From assembly GCA_048939995.1 (NCBI GenBank), contig JBHLOY010000006.1:128001-192000 (forward strand): 64,000 nucleotides of DNA, in the 5' to 3' direction. The translations under genes were made by a program, and so were the position numbers. The notes beneath the pieces are model-generated. The model was given only the letters and a program-made list of their open reading frames with translations, had not been told where the DNA came from and searched no databases. Positions 39,237-48,010 of this stretch are shown one piece after another; positions within the stretch are counted from its first letter, which is position 1; the number at the start of each line of letters is the position of its first letter. The DNA comes from Promethearchaeota archaeon (GTDB lineage Archaea > Asgardarchaeota > Lokiarchaeia > Sigyniarchaeales > SOKP01).

Positions 39237-40064
39237 GTGAATTTTATGGTCGATATTTTGACAAGTAAATCTATGAAGATGAGCACCTATGCATATATTA
39301 TAAATAGAATTAATAATCAAGGGGCTCTGCATTTTTCCTTAATTGATCCCGATCCTGTTAAACAAAGTCCAAAAAAGGCAGCTAAAATAGCTGAATGTGC
39401 TTATGAAGCAGGAACTGATGCAATTTTAATAGGAGGAAGTACTGTTTTTGATCAACGTTTTGTTGATGAGACAATTTTGGCCATAAAAGACAAGATCGAT
39501 TTACCAGTAATAATATTTCCCGGCGGAATTACTAATATCTCCAAAGAAGCAGATGCCATTCTATTTATGTCTCTTTTAAATTCCGAGGATACGAATAATA
39601 TTATAGGTAATCAAGCACTTGCTTCATATACAATAAAAATTTTAAATATCGAACCGATATCGACAGCTTATTTAATAATTGAGCCTGGAGGAACAGCTGG
39701 TTGGATTGGGAGAGCCAAATTACTTCCACGAAATAAACCAAAATTAACAGCCGCTTACTCTCTTGCGGCTGAAATGATAGGTTATAAGCTTTTATACTTA
39801 GAAGCAGGTTCTGGGAGTGAAAGAATACCATCCGAAACTATCCAACTTTGTTCTAGCATGTTAAATATACCGATTATTGTTGGAGGGGGAGTTAAGAATG
39901 AGGATGCAGCAAGGGAACTTATTGAAGCAGGGGCAAATATTATTGTAATGGGAACTTATTTAGAAAATAACATCCTGCATGATAATGGGATGTGTTTAAG
40001 TTCTATTATTGATGAGATAAAGGAAGCTGGAACAACTTGTAAGAAAAAATATCCATTAAAATAA
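39237..40064 (+). CDS. Geranylgeranylglyceryl phosphate synthase
   Basis: HFSLIDPD, AILIGGS, LFMSLLNS, YLEAGSG and IVGGG. Confidence 0.92.
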   Translation: MNFMVDILTSKSMKMSTYAYIINRINNQGALHFSLIDPDPVKQSPKKAAKIAECAYEAGTDAILIGGSTVFDQRFVDETILAIKDKIDLPVIIFPGGITNISKEADAILFMSLLNSEDTNNIIGNQALASYTIKILNIEPISTAYLIIEPGGTAGWIGRAKLLPRNKPKLTAAYSLAAEMIGYKLLYLEAGSGSERIPSETIQLCSSMLNIPIIVGGGVKNEDAARELIEAGANIIVMGTYLENNILHDNGMCLSSIIDEIKEAGTTCKKKYPLK

Positions 40065-40077
40065 GGTTATATTTTAA

Positions 40078-40950
40078 ATGAAGTTGAAGGATATTATTGA
40101 AATACTCCGCCCTATAAATGATATAATGGGAAGTTTTACAGTAGTAATTGGTATATTAAATACAAGAATCGATATTCCAGTTGATCTTATTATAATAAAT
40201 ATAATTCTTGGAGCTATAACTTACTTCTTCATCGCGGCTTCAGGTATGGTTATTAATGATATCTATGATATCGAAATAGATAAGATAAATCGTCCACAAA
40301 GACCTATTCCAAGTGGAAGGATTAGCATTCATCAGGCAAAGATCATATTCTTTATCACATATGGAGTGGGAATAATAATATCTATATTTCACAGTCTTTT
40401 TTTTAGATTAGGGTTCCTGAATATAATTCTTGCAGTATTTTTTGGGTTTATTGGATGGGTATATGCCAAATGGGGTAAAAAAAGTGGTTTTTTTGGGAAC
40501 TTAATCGTCAGTGTTTCATTTTCAATCGGATTAGTTTATGGAGCCATATTAAATAATGCACTAATTCCTTCATATATTTATTTTTTCTTTTTAACTTCAT
40601 TTTTTCTATTGCTTTCTCGTGAAGTGATAAAAGGATGTGAAGATATTGAAGGAGATAGAGAATTAAATGTAAAAACTCTAGCTATTTTGATTGGTATTAA
40701 AAAATCTACTAAAATGGCAATCACTTTTTCCTTTTTGGCTATAATTTTTTTTATCTTGCCAAATCTTACACCCATTATTAGTCCAACATTGTTTCTGATA
40801 TCAATGATTTTTGGATTAGCTGTTGTTGGATATGCTACAATATTAATGTTTTATTCTAAATCAGAGAGAGAAAACTTTAAGAAAATTAGCTTATTTTTGA
40901 AAGTTGGAGCATTTTTGGGATTGTTAGCATTCTTACTTGCAAGCATTTGA
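40078..40950 (+). CDS. Digeranylgeranylglyceryl phosphate synthase (UbiA family)
   Basis: INDIYDIEIDKINRPQRPIPSG and REVIKGCEDIEGD. Confidence 0.9.
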   Translation: MKLKDIIEILRPINDIMGSFTVVIGILNTRIDIPVDLIIINIILGAITYFFIAASGMVINDIYDIEIDKINRPQRPIPSGRISIHQAKIIFFITYGVGIIISIFHSLFFRLGFLNIILAVFFGFIGWVYAKWGKKSGFFGNLIVSVSFSIGLVYGAILNNALIPSYIYFFFLTSFFLLLSREVIKGCEDIEGDRELNVKTLAILIGIKKSTKMAITFSFLAIIFFILPNLTPIISPTLFLISMIFGLAVVGYATILMFYSKSERENFKKISLFLKVGAFLGLLAFLLASI

Positions 40951-40954
40951 CTAA

Positions 40955-42382
40955 TTATTTAAAATGATCTAATAGTTGCACTATTTTTTCAAATTGATTG
41001 GCTTCAACAAATTTTTTAAGATTCTTCTTATCAAGTTCATTTAAATTTTTAAAGGGAAATGTTTCAATTAGTCTTCTTGTTTGACTTAAACCTAAATATT
41101 TTCTAGTATAATCTGCATTCGAATATTTGTATGTTGTTAGAAATTCACTATCTAAGATATTTCTAAAGTGCTCTAAAACATAATTAAAATAATTTTTTAG
41201 TGAAATTTGATCTTCTACTGAAAGTTGCGGTTCCAAAAAAATCTGAATTGGATGAGTTCGATAGGGATTTCTGGATACATATATACCAACTGCATTAAAA
41301 TCATCTTTAATAATTCCCAAGCCTACTCTTCCAACATATGAACCAGTATCTACAGTTCTTATGTATAATATGTTTGATTCTAATTTTTGCTTTAATTTTT
41401 CATTAATTTCTAAATCTAGCTTTTTATATTCATTATTTTTATATTGATTTGCATCAATTACCTTAACTTTATAGGTTCCCAAATTTTTTGAAACCATCAT
41501 ATTCGATAAATAATATTCTACTTTTAATGGTTTTATGGCACGATGTTTTTGTAAGAATTCATCAAATTCATATCCGGCTCTATATTTATGATTAGGTTTT
41601 AATATATAACTTTTTTGGATGATTTGATTTCCTTTCTTAACTTTAGTACCCAAAAATTTTACATTTTCTATTTTAGGTTCAATTTTTTTTTTAAAGAAGC
41701 CAATACATATGTGAGAGCCAGTAAATTCAAAGATTTTAGTCTCAAAAATGATCATATTATATATTTTATAATGTTTAAAGAAATCGAACCGGAATTTGTT
41801 AGATACTGAGGCTCCATATAGAAAATTTGAAGGTATAATATAAATTAGATTTTCAACATCATTTCTTAAATCATTTATCATAGCGATTTGATATAAGTCC
41901 TGATAACCATTATTTTCCCCTTTGAAATATTTAAGATATTGTTGGGTTTCATAATGCTTTTTAATATATCCCAAATATAAATATGGTGGATTAGTTATAT
42001 GGAAAATTGGTAAATCCTTTTCTTTAAGAAATTCAGGAAAAGACTCAAGATTATCTCGAATTAAAATATTACTTTTTGCTACATGTTCTGAAATTCCATA
42101 CGATTGAGCATTTTCTATGATCTTTTTGACCATTTCTTCTTGTACATCAAATAAGAATAAATGTTTTAAAAAGAAGTTATCCCTTCTTTTCGGATTTATA
42201 TATTTCAAGATAGGCAAAACTAAATTACCTTCACCAGCGTAAAGATCAACCCAAATAAAATTCTTTAGATGTTCCCTTATTTCTGGATATATATATTTAT
42301 GAAAAATCTCTTTGGAGGTTAAATGGATTCCAAATTTTCGTCGTCTCTTAACCTCTTGAGACTTATAAGTGTTATTTTTCAT
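40955..42382 (-). CDS. DNA amino-methyltransferase, orphan
   Basis: WVDLYAGEGNL (motif I), ITNPPY (motif IV) and IIPSNF. Confidence 0.78.
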   Translation of the reverse strand: MKNNTYKSQEVKRRRKFGIHLTSKEIFHKYIYPEIREHLKNFIWVDLYAGEGNLVLPILKYINPKRRDNFFLKHLFLFDVQEEMVKKIIENAQSYGISEHVAKSNILIRDNLESFPEFLKEKDLPIFHITNPPYLYLGYIKKHYETQQYLKYFKGENNGYQDLYQIAMINDLRNDVENLIYIIPSNFLYGASVSNKFRFDFFKHYKIYNMIIFETKIFEFTGSHICIGFFKKKIEPKIENVKFLGTKVKKGNQIIQKSYILKPNHKYRAGYEFDEFLQKHRAIKPLKVEYYLSNMMVSKNLGTYKVKVIDANQYKNNEYKKLDLEINEKLKQKLESNILYIRTVDTGSYVGRVGLGIIKDDFNAVGIYVSRNPYRTHPIQIFLEPQLSVEDQISLKNYFNYVLEHFRNILDSEFLTTYKYSNADYTRKYLGLSQTRRLIETFPFKNLNELDKKNLKKFVEANQFEKIVQLLDHFK

Positions 42383-42547
42383 ACTTTTTAAAATGAGTCA
42401 ATTTTAATTATTTTTATAAATAAATTAGCTCCAATATCATTTAAACAATATTAATGAAAACTGGTCTCCAATTTTTTTTTAAAATACTAAACTTTTTCTA
42501 TAATATCTAAATAGAATTACTATAAAAATTTAAAAAAATTTCTAAGG

Positions 42548-43831
42548 TTGTTAAATTTGAGTTATTCTGAGAACGAAATGATTAACAATTATTTAGAACA
42601 AGTACGAAAGAAATTACCTGAATGGTTAAAGCCAAAAAAAGAGGAAGTTAGTGCGATATTAAATGACCTTAATATGCAAATCTTAGACGAAGCAAGAAAA
42701 ATCGCAGGTGGAGAAGATCCAGACCCTGCTGATATCCAACAAGCATTAATTCAAATTGGATCTCCAGAAACTATTGCTAGGGTTTATAAGAAGCGTGGTA
42801 CCCCTAAGTTATATATAACTGAAGAGCTTTTTGAATTTTATTTAAGAACAATGCTTTTCTTTTTTGTAATTGTAACATTCCTCAATGTTATAATTGGTAT
42901 TTTTAGGTTGTTCTTTTCACCTTGGGAAGCCATAGGAGGGATGATTACAGGAACGTGGATTGGATGCTTAATCACAGCAATCGTAATAACTGGCGTATTC
43001 GTATTTTTTTCAATGCAAGGTTTTCTCCCCGAGGATTTTGGTGTGATTCCTTCTAGATTAGCACTAATTTTTCCATTTCATCTTACGCAACAAGAATTAG
43101 AAGAAACTAAGGAATACACAAAAGAAAGGCTCAAACAAGCAAAGGAAAGAGTTAAAGAAGTAATTGCTGAATCTCAAGCAAGGGTTGAAGATAAATTGAC
43201 CGAAGTTAAAGCATTACGGGAAGAAAGACTAGCTGCAGCTGAATTAAGACGAGAACAAAGATTATTAGAAGCAAGAATACGCAGAGAAGAAAAATTGGAA
43301 AGAAGTAGACGCCTTCGAGAAGAAAAGAAAGCAGTTGCTGAACAAAAGCGAAAAATGAAAAAGATGCAACCCGTCTCTTTAGGTGAACTTATTTTCGGAG
43401 CTATTGCAGGAATCATTTTTGGTTTATTTTTGATAATTCAGCCATTTGCTGGAATTAGTGGATTTTTACCTCAATTTTTAGATTGGCTTACGGTCTTTGG
43501 TCTTTTAATATTCGTAAGTGGTTTATTTGACCTTGTTAGATTGATTGCTGGTGTTAGAAATTATACTTCCCAACAAGTGTTACTTGGGATAAAAACATGC
43601 TATGATGCGGTATATATACCTCTGTTTTTATTTCTAATTGACAAACCTGGAATTTTCCCTATTTCATTCTTTTCAGGGGGTACAATTTCATCAATTCCTT
43701 TAGATACCTCTATCCCAGCTTACATAATTTACTTTTGGGTAATAATAGTTATCGTTTTGGTGATAATTGCTGGGATGATTGTTAATTTCTATAAAATCTA
43801 TAAAATTCAAAAGATAAAAAAAGCTTATTAA
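42548..43831 (+). CDS. HAAS-domain membrane protein with charged 11-mer repeat insertion
   Basis: NYLEQVRKKLP...IGSPETIARVY N-terminal HAAS-like domain; multi-TM; paralog of 43891..44883. Confidence 0.78.
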   Translation: MLNLSYSENEMINNYLEQVRKKLPEWLKPKKEEVSAILNDLNMQILDEARKIAGGEDPDPADIQQALIQIGSPETIARVYKKRGTPKLYITEELFEFYLRTMLFFFVIVTFLNVIIGIFRLFFSPWEAIGGMITGTWIGCLITAIVITGVFVFFSMQGFLPEDFGVIPSRLALIFPFHLTQQELEETKEYTKERLKQAKERVKEVIAESQARVEDKLTEVKALREERLAAAELRREQRLLEARIRREEKLERSRRLREEKKAVAEQKRKMKKMQPVSLGELIFGAIAGIIFGLFLIIQPFAGISGFLPQFLDWLTVFGLLIFVSGLFDLVRLIAGVRNYTSQQVLLGIKTCYDAVYIPLFLFLIDKPGIFPISFFSGGTISSIPLDTSIPAYIIYFWVIIVIVLVIIAGMIVNFYKIYKIQKIKKAY

Positions 43832-43890
43832 ATTCTTTTTTCTTTATTTTTTAAATTTTAACTTAAAAGAAAGAAAAATAAAAAAAAAAA
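43832..43890. terminator. Probable bidirectional U-rich terminator between convergent genes
   Basis: T-tracts follow the + strand stop; A-tracts (T on the - strand) follow the - strand stop. Confidence 0.5.
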
Positions 43891-44883
43891 TTATTTATAT
43901 TTTTGGAGTTTCCAAATTTTATAAATCTCATCTATACTAGTTAATGCAATTATTACAACTAATACAATCATACCACTTCTATAAGCTACATGAAATTCTG
44001 GGGGGATTCCAACGTGAATCCATGGAGTACTGAACCATGGAAAGATATCAGGACGATTCAATAAAATGATTAAGAAAGGTATAACTCCAAATTTGAGGAT
44101 TATTTTGATTAGATGTATAATTTGATGTGTTAAGGGTTGCCGATTTCCTATAATACCTCTAGTAATATCAAAAGAGCTTGCTATGATCATGAAGATTCCA
44201 AAAATACGAAGTAATAATAGAAATTCAGCAATGAAAAGACCCGCAGGAAATGGCTGGAATATAAATAAAACTCCAACTACTAATCCAATACCACCTCCAA
44301 TGATCTCACCAACAGGCTTTATAAAGGGTTTTGGTGGTAAGCCCATTTCAACTCTTAGTGCTTTCTTATCAAGCTCTTTTTTCGATTTAAAATCTTCTGG
44401 GAAATATCCCTCCATTGATAATGCTACAAATATAATTGATACAATAGCAAATGCTACAAATAATCCACTTTGTACACCTCCGATCAAGCCTCCTAATAGT
44501 TCTCCTAGATCTGTCGTCGTTCCGGATACAATATTAAGGATTAAGCCGATTACATTAAGTATTATTATGATTGCAAATACTATCACTAATACATTTAAAT
44601 AAAGTGGCCACAGTTCTTTTGTAATATAGACTTTAGGAGTGCCTCTTCTTTTATATTCTCTCGCTATGCTTTTTGGAGTCCCCATATGAGCTATAGCCAT
44701 TCGAATAGACTCTTCATTTGCTTGCCCCGAATCTGACAGTTCATTCGCTTTTTCCCATATATGTGTTTCAAGCTCAGCTAAAATTTCTTTATGTTCTTTT
44801 TTATCTTTTAGCCAATCTGGGAGCGCTTTCTTAACTTCTTTTATATATTCATTTACTAAAGATTCCAAATTTTTTTCATTCAT
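43891..44883 (-). CDS. HAAS-domain membrane protein
   Basis: EYIKEVKKALP...MGTPKSIAREY; overlaps the stop of the PadR gene. Confidence 0.8.
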   Translation of the reverse strand: MNEKNLESLVNEYIKEVKKALPDWLKDKKEHKEILAELETHIWEKANELSDSGQANEESIRMAIAHMGTPKSIAREYKRRGTPKVYITKELWPLYLNVLVIVFAIIIILNVIGLILNIVSGTTTDLGELLGGLIGGVQSGLFVAFAIVSIIFVALSMEGYFPEDFKSKKELDKKALRVEMGLPPKPFIKPVGEIIGGGIGLVVGVLFIFQPFPAGLFIAEFLLLLRIFGIFMIIASSFDITRGIIGNRQPLTHQIIHLIKIILKFGVIPFLIILLNRPDIFPWFSTPWIHVGIPPEFHVAYRSGMIVLVVIIALTSIDEIYKIWKLQKYK

Positions 44884-45422
44884 TTTTTAAATCCTCTTTC
44901 TTTTACTTCATTTTCAATATTGTGACCACATACATCACAATATCTTAACTCTAAAGTTGTAAGATCGATTTTATTAGCACAATTTGGACAGTATAAATAT
45001 CGTTCTCGTTTTAAGTTTACGTTTACATCAAATAAGGGTGCTATTGCTTCAGTTAGTTTGGAAAAAAATCCTGATAAGTAATTATATACTTTAATTCCAT
45101 TGGCTGTGATAAAGTAAAACTTCCGTTTTCGCCCCGTTTTTTCTCTTTCAGACCTTATTATCCCATCATCTTCTAATTTCCTTAATATTGGGTATAATGT
45201 ACCCTCTTCAATTATCAAAATTTCTTTAGTCTGATCTTGCAAATCTTTTGATATTTGATAACCATGTACCCCTTCATTTTCATAGCGATTAATAATGGAT
45301 AATATACATAACCCAGAAATACCTCTGTTAATCTCAGATTCAAATTTTGATGCATAATCAAGAAACTCTGGATCAAATCCCTTAATTCGTTTAATCATTC
45401 TTTCAACCTTTAATTTTTTCAT
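44880..45422 (-). CDS. PadR-family transcriptional regulator with C-terminal zinc ribbon
   Basis: HGYQISK, EEGTLYPILRKLE, RKRKFYFITANG and CPNC...CDVC; start taken at ATG 45422. Confidence 0.9.
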   Translation of the reverse strand: MKKLKVERMIKRIKGFDPEFLDYASKFESEINRGISGLCILSIINRYENEGVHGYQISKDLQDQTKEILIIEEGTLYPILRKLEDDGIIRSEREKTGRKRKFYFITANGIKVYNYLSGFFSKLTEAIAPLFDVNVNLKRERYLYCPNCANKIDLTTLELRYCDVCGHNIENEVKERGFKK

Positions 45423-45428
45423 TTTCTT

Positions 45429-45449
45429 ATAGTATTCATTCAATACTAT
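45429..45449. promoter_or_regulatory. Candidate PadR operator: ATAGTATT-N5-AATACTAT
   Basis: Perfect 8-bp inverted repeat immediately upstream of the padR ATG and next to a TATA-like element. Confidence 0.55.
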
Positions 45450-45563
45450 GCTATATATAATATTGGATTAATAATATTTAAAGCTTTGGATTGTAAATTA
45501 AACTCCCAAATTACCATTTCTAACACAAAATTAAATTAATTATTATCATTTTTTTAAAATAGA

Positions 45564-46397
45564 ATGGAATTATCAGATGATTTGCAATCCAAAATTAAAA
45601 ATCTTATCTCATATTTAAATAATAAAAAAGTGATTGTTGCCTTCTCAGGAGGAGTTGATAGTAGTCTACTTGCATTTCTTTCGAAAAAATATGCTAAGGA
45701 TACACTTCTTATAACTGAAAAATCAATTCTCTATCCTGATGAAGAAATTCAAGAAGCAAGTGAATTTGCAAAAACTTATCATATCTCTCACATCATTATT
45801 GAAAGGAACCCGCTTGAGAACGATAATTTTAAGAAGAATCCCCATAATCGATGTTATATCTGTAAAACAGGCTTATATAAAGATATAATTAAAATTAAAG
45901 ATGAAAAGAATTTTGATATTGTTCTTGATGGTTCAAATCAAGATGATCTCTCCGATTATAGACCAGGAATGCAAGCTTTAAAAGAATTAGGTATTAGTAC
46001 CCCATATATTGATTTTAAACTAACAAAACAAGATATAAGAAATATTGCTGAACTCTATAAATTAGAAGTTAAAGCAAAACCTTCTATGGCATGTTATTCA
46101 TCACGTATTCCTTACAATCAGCCAATTGATGAAAATAAACTATCTATGATAAGAGAAGCTGAAAATTTCTTAAAAAGTAATTTTAATCTAAAACAATTAC
46201 GAGTTAGATATCATGATGAAAGACTAGCGAGAATTGAGCTTTTACAAGAGGATTTAATACAAATTTTAAATAAAGACAACATAGCAAAAATTAAAACTAA
46301 ATTGAAAGAGTTAGGCTTTTGTTATATTACGATTGATTTAGAAGGGTTTCGATCCGGTTCATTAAATGAAATTTTATCTTTTACCAATAGAAACTAA
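45564..46397 (+). CDS. larE: ATP-dependent sacrificial sulfur transferase LarE
   Basis: AFSGGVDS, NRCYICK, DYRPG, KPSMACYSSRIP, LRVRYH and DLEGFRSGSLN. Confidence 0.92.
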   Translation: MELSDDLQSKIKNLISYLNNKKVIVAFSGGVDSSLLAFLSKKYAKDTLLITEKSILYPDEEIQEASEFAKTYHISHIIIERNPLENDNFKKNPHNRCYICKTGLYKDIIKIKDEKNFDIVLDGSNQDDLSDYRPGMQALKELGISTPYIDFKLTKQDIRNIAELYKLEVKAKPSMACYSSRIPYNQPIDENKLSMIREAENFLKSNFNLKQLRVRYHDERLARIELLQEDLIQILNKDNIAKIKTKLKELGFCYITIDLEGFRSGSLNEILSFTNRN

Positions 46398-46506
46398 TTC
46401 AATTAATATTACTCTTGGTCCCAGTATTAGATTCTAAATACATTTTTGGTTTGACAGGCGTTGTAGTTTCAAATGAAAGATATTTCAAAGGAAAATATTA
46501 CCTTTT

Positions 46507-47928
46507 TTATTCATTTTTTTTCAAATAATTAATAATTTTTTTACGTTTTTCTAACGATCTTAAAGCAGACGCTTCAATTTTTTTTTCCATTATATCCTTT
46601 CTTTCAGGGAGTTCCTCTCCAACTTCTTGCTTAATCTTTGTGTAAGCTGATTCTCTAAATCTTGGCAATATTGTTTCTGCTTTCTTATCTTTATATATCA
46701 TTTTTATTTGTTTTGAATCATCCACATAACCAATTTCTGCGCATTTTACATTGATTTTTGATAAATCTGAAATTATTTCTTTTGTAATAGATTTAGAACA
46801 GTAAATTAGTAGAGCATCTAATGAAACACCTAAATAATCAACTCCAACTCTTTCTAGTAAAGCCAAGACTGCTGGATTTACTAATTTTTTTACCTGCTCC
46901 TCATAAATTTTAACACCACACCCTGCTTCATAATTGATTTCATATAGATCTCCTCTAAGTCCTCCATTTGTAATATCACACATTGCTCTAATTTCTTCTA
47001 TATAATTCTTTGAAAGAATTTCTTTACACGCTTCAAGAAATTTAATATTCATCGTTTCGCTTATGATTTCATGATTTCCTGAATATATTGCTGTTGTTGT
47101 AATTGTTCCACCCCCTGCCCCTTCTGTCATCAAAATTTTATCCCCTACTTGAATATTCCGTCTAGCTAAAAGATTATCTTTTAAAATACCTACAGCGCTT
47201 ACTCCACCAACTAAACGATCTCCAATCACCATATCTCCTCCGATTCTTAAAGTAGATCCCGCAGTAATGGGTACACTTACTAACTCTGATATAGTTGATA
47301 TACCAGCCATAAAATCAAAAAGTTTACCCACATCAGCGTCATCTCCTAGGTGAACATCGACCATAATGGATATTGGTGTTGCACCTTTAACGTATAGATC
47401 TCGTAGTGCAGCTCTCGATACGCTTCATGTAAACCCATTACATGAAATTACGTGAAAACCACACACAAATGGAAAGTCGCTCAGCCGACTATGGATGCCT
47501 TCCATTTTAGATACTATTATAAGTTCATTTTCAGCTTCAAATCCTTCAATATCAGAAAGTCTTACTGCACCAGCATCATCTAACGAGCTTGGTGATAAAA
47601 ATGATTTATAATCGGTTTCTGACAATTCTGTTACCAACTTATGAACAAAAAAATCCCCTGCTCCTCGGCAACCGACACCCTGCTTACCGATTGTTACACC
47701 TGAATTATGAATCTCTAATAATTCTCTTACAAATCTATTGGATACATATTTTAAATCACTTTTCTTACACTCTTCTAAGATCGTTTTTGCATATTTCTGG
47801 GCAGATTGTAAATCAATATCTTTAAAATCAAGATATTCTTTGACCAATCTTTTTATAATAACTTCCTCAGAATTTCCTTTTTTCATTAAATTTCTTGTTA
47901 AACCTTCTAGATCACTCAAATTTTTCAC
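46507..47928 (-). CDS. PurM/HypE-like AIR-synthase-related protein, intron-containing; join(complement 47448..47928, 46507..47417), 463 aa after splicing
   Basis: The two listed ORFs are in the same frame and form one protein: GVGCRGAGDF, LDDAG, GIHSRLSDFPF..GFHV / TRAALRD..., GSTLRIGGD, DITNGGLRGD, PRFRESAYT. Confidence 0.9.
47418..47447 (-). other. Putative canonical BHB intron, 30 nt
   Basis: Exon stem GUGUGGUUUUC/GAGAGCUGCAC, central helix ACGU/GCGU, bulges AA^U and AU^C, perfect 9-bp intron stem UUCAUGUAA/UUACAUGAA. Contains an in-frame UGA; splicing gives GUA ACG AGA (V-T-R). Confidence 0.9.
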
Positions 47929-48010
47929 TCTTATTGAAAAAGTTCATTATCAAAAAATCTTGATATAATAATAATGTTATAAGTACTCAAAAATCAAAAA
48001 CTCTTCGATA

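Noticed and set aside
42483-42523. Second PadR operator upstream of the + strand HAAS gene
   Set aside because: Only partial half-sites with different spacing, in very AT-rich DNA; not distinguishable from chance.
47425-47427. In-frame TGA read as selenocysteine (SelD belongs to the same PurM superfamily, and Lokiarchaeia use Sec)
   Set aside because: Read-through would leave a 10-residue insertion inside the HVTRAALRD motif. The TGA lies in the stem of a perfect BHB intron whose removal explains everything.
47423-47451. Spliceosomal-like GT...AG boundaries (GTAATT...GAAG, 29 nt)
   Set aside because: Removing 29 nt shifts the frame; only a 30-nt excision restores the protein.
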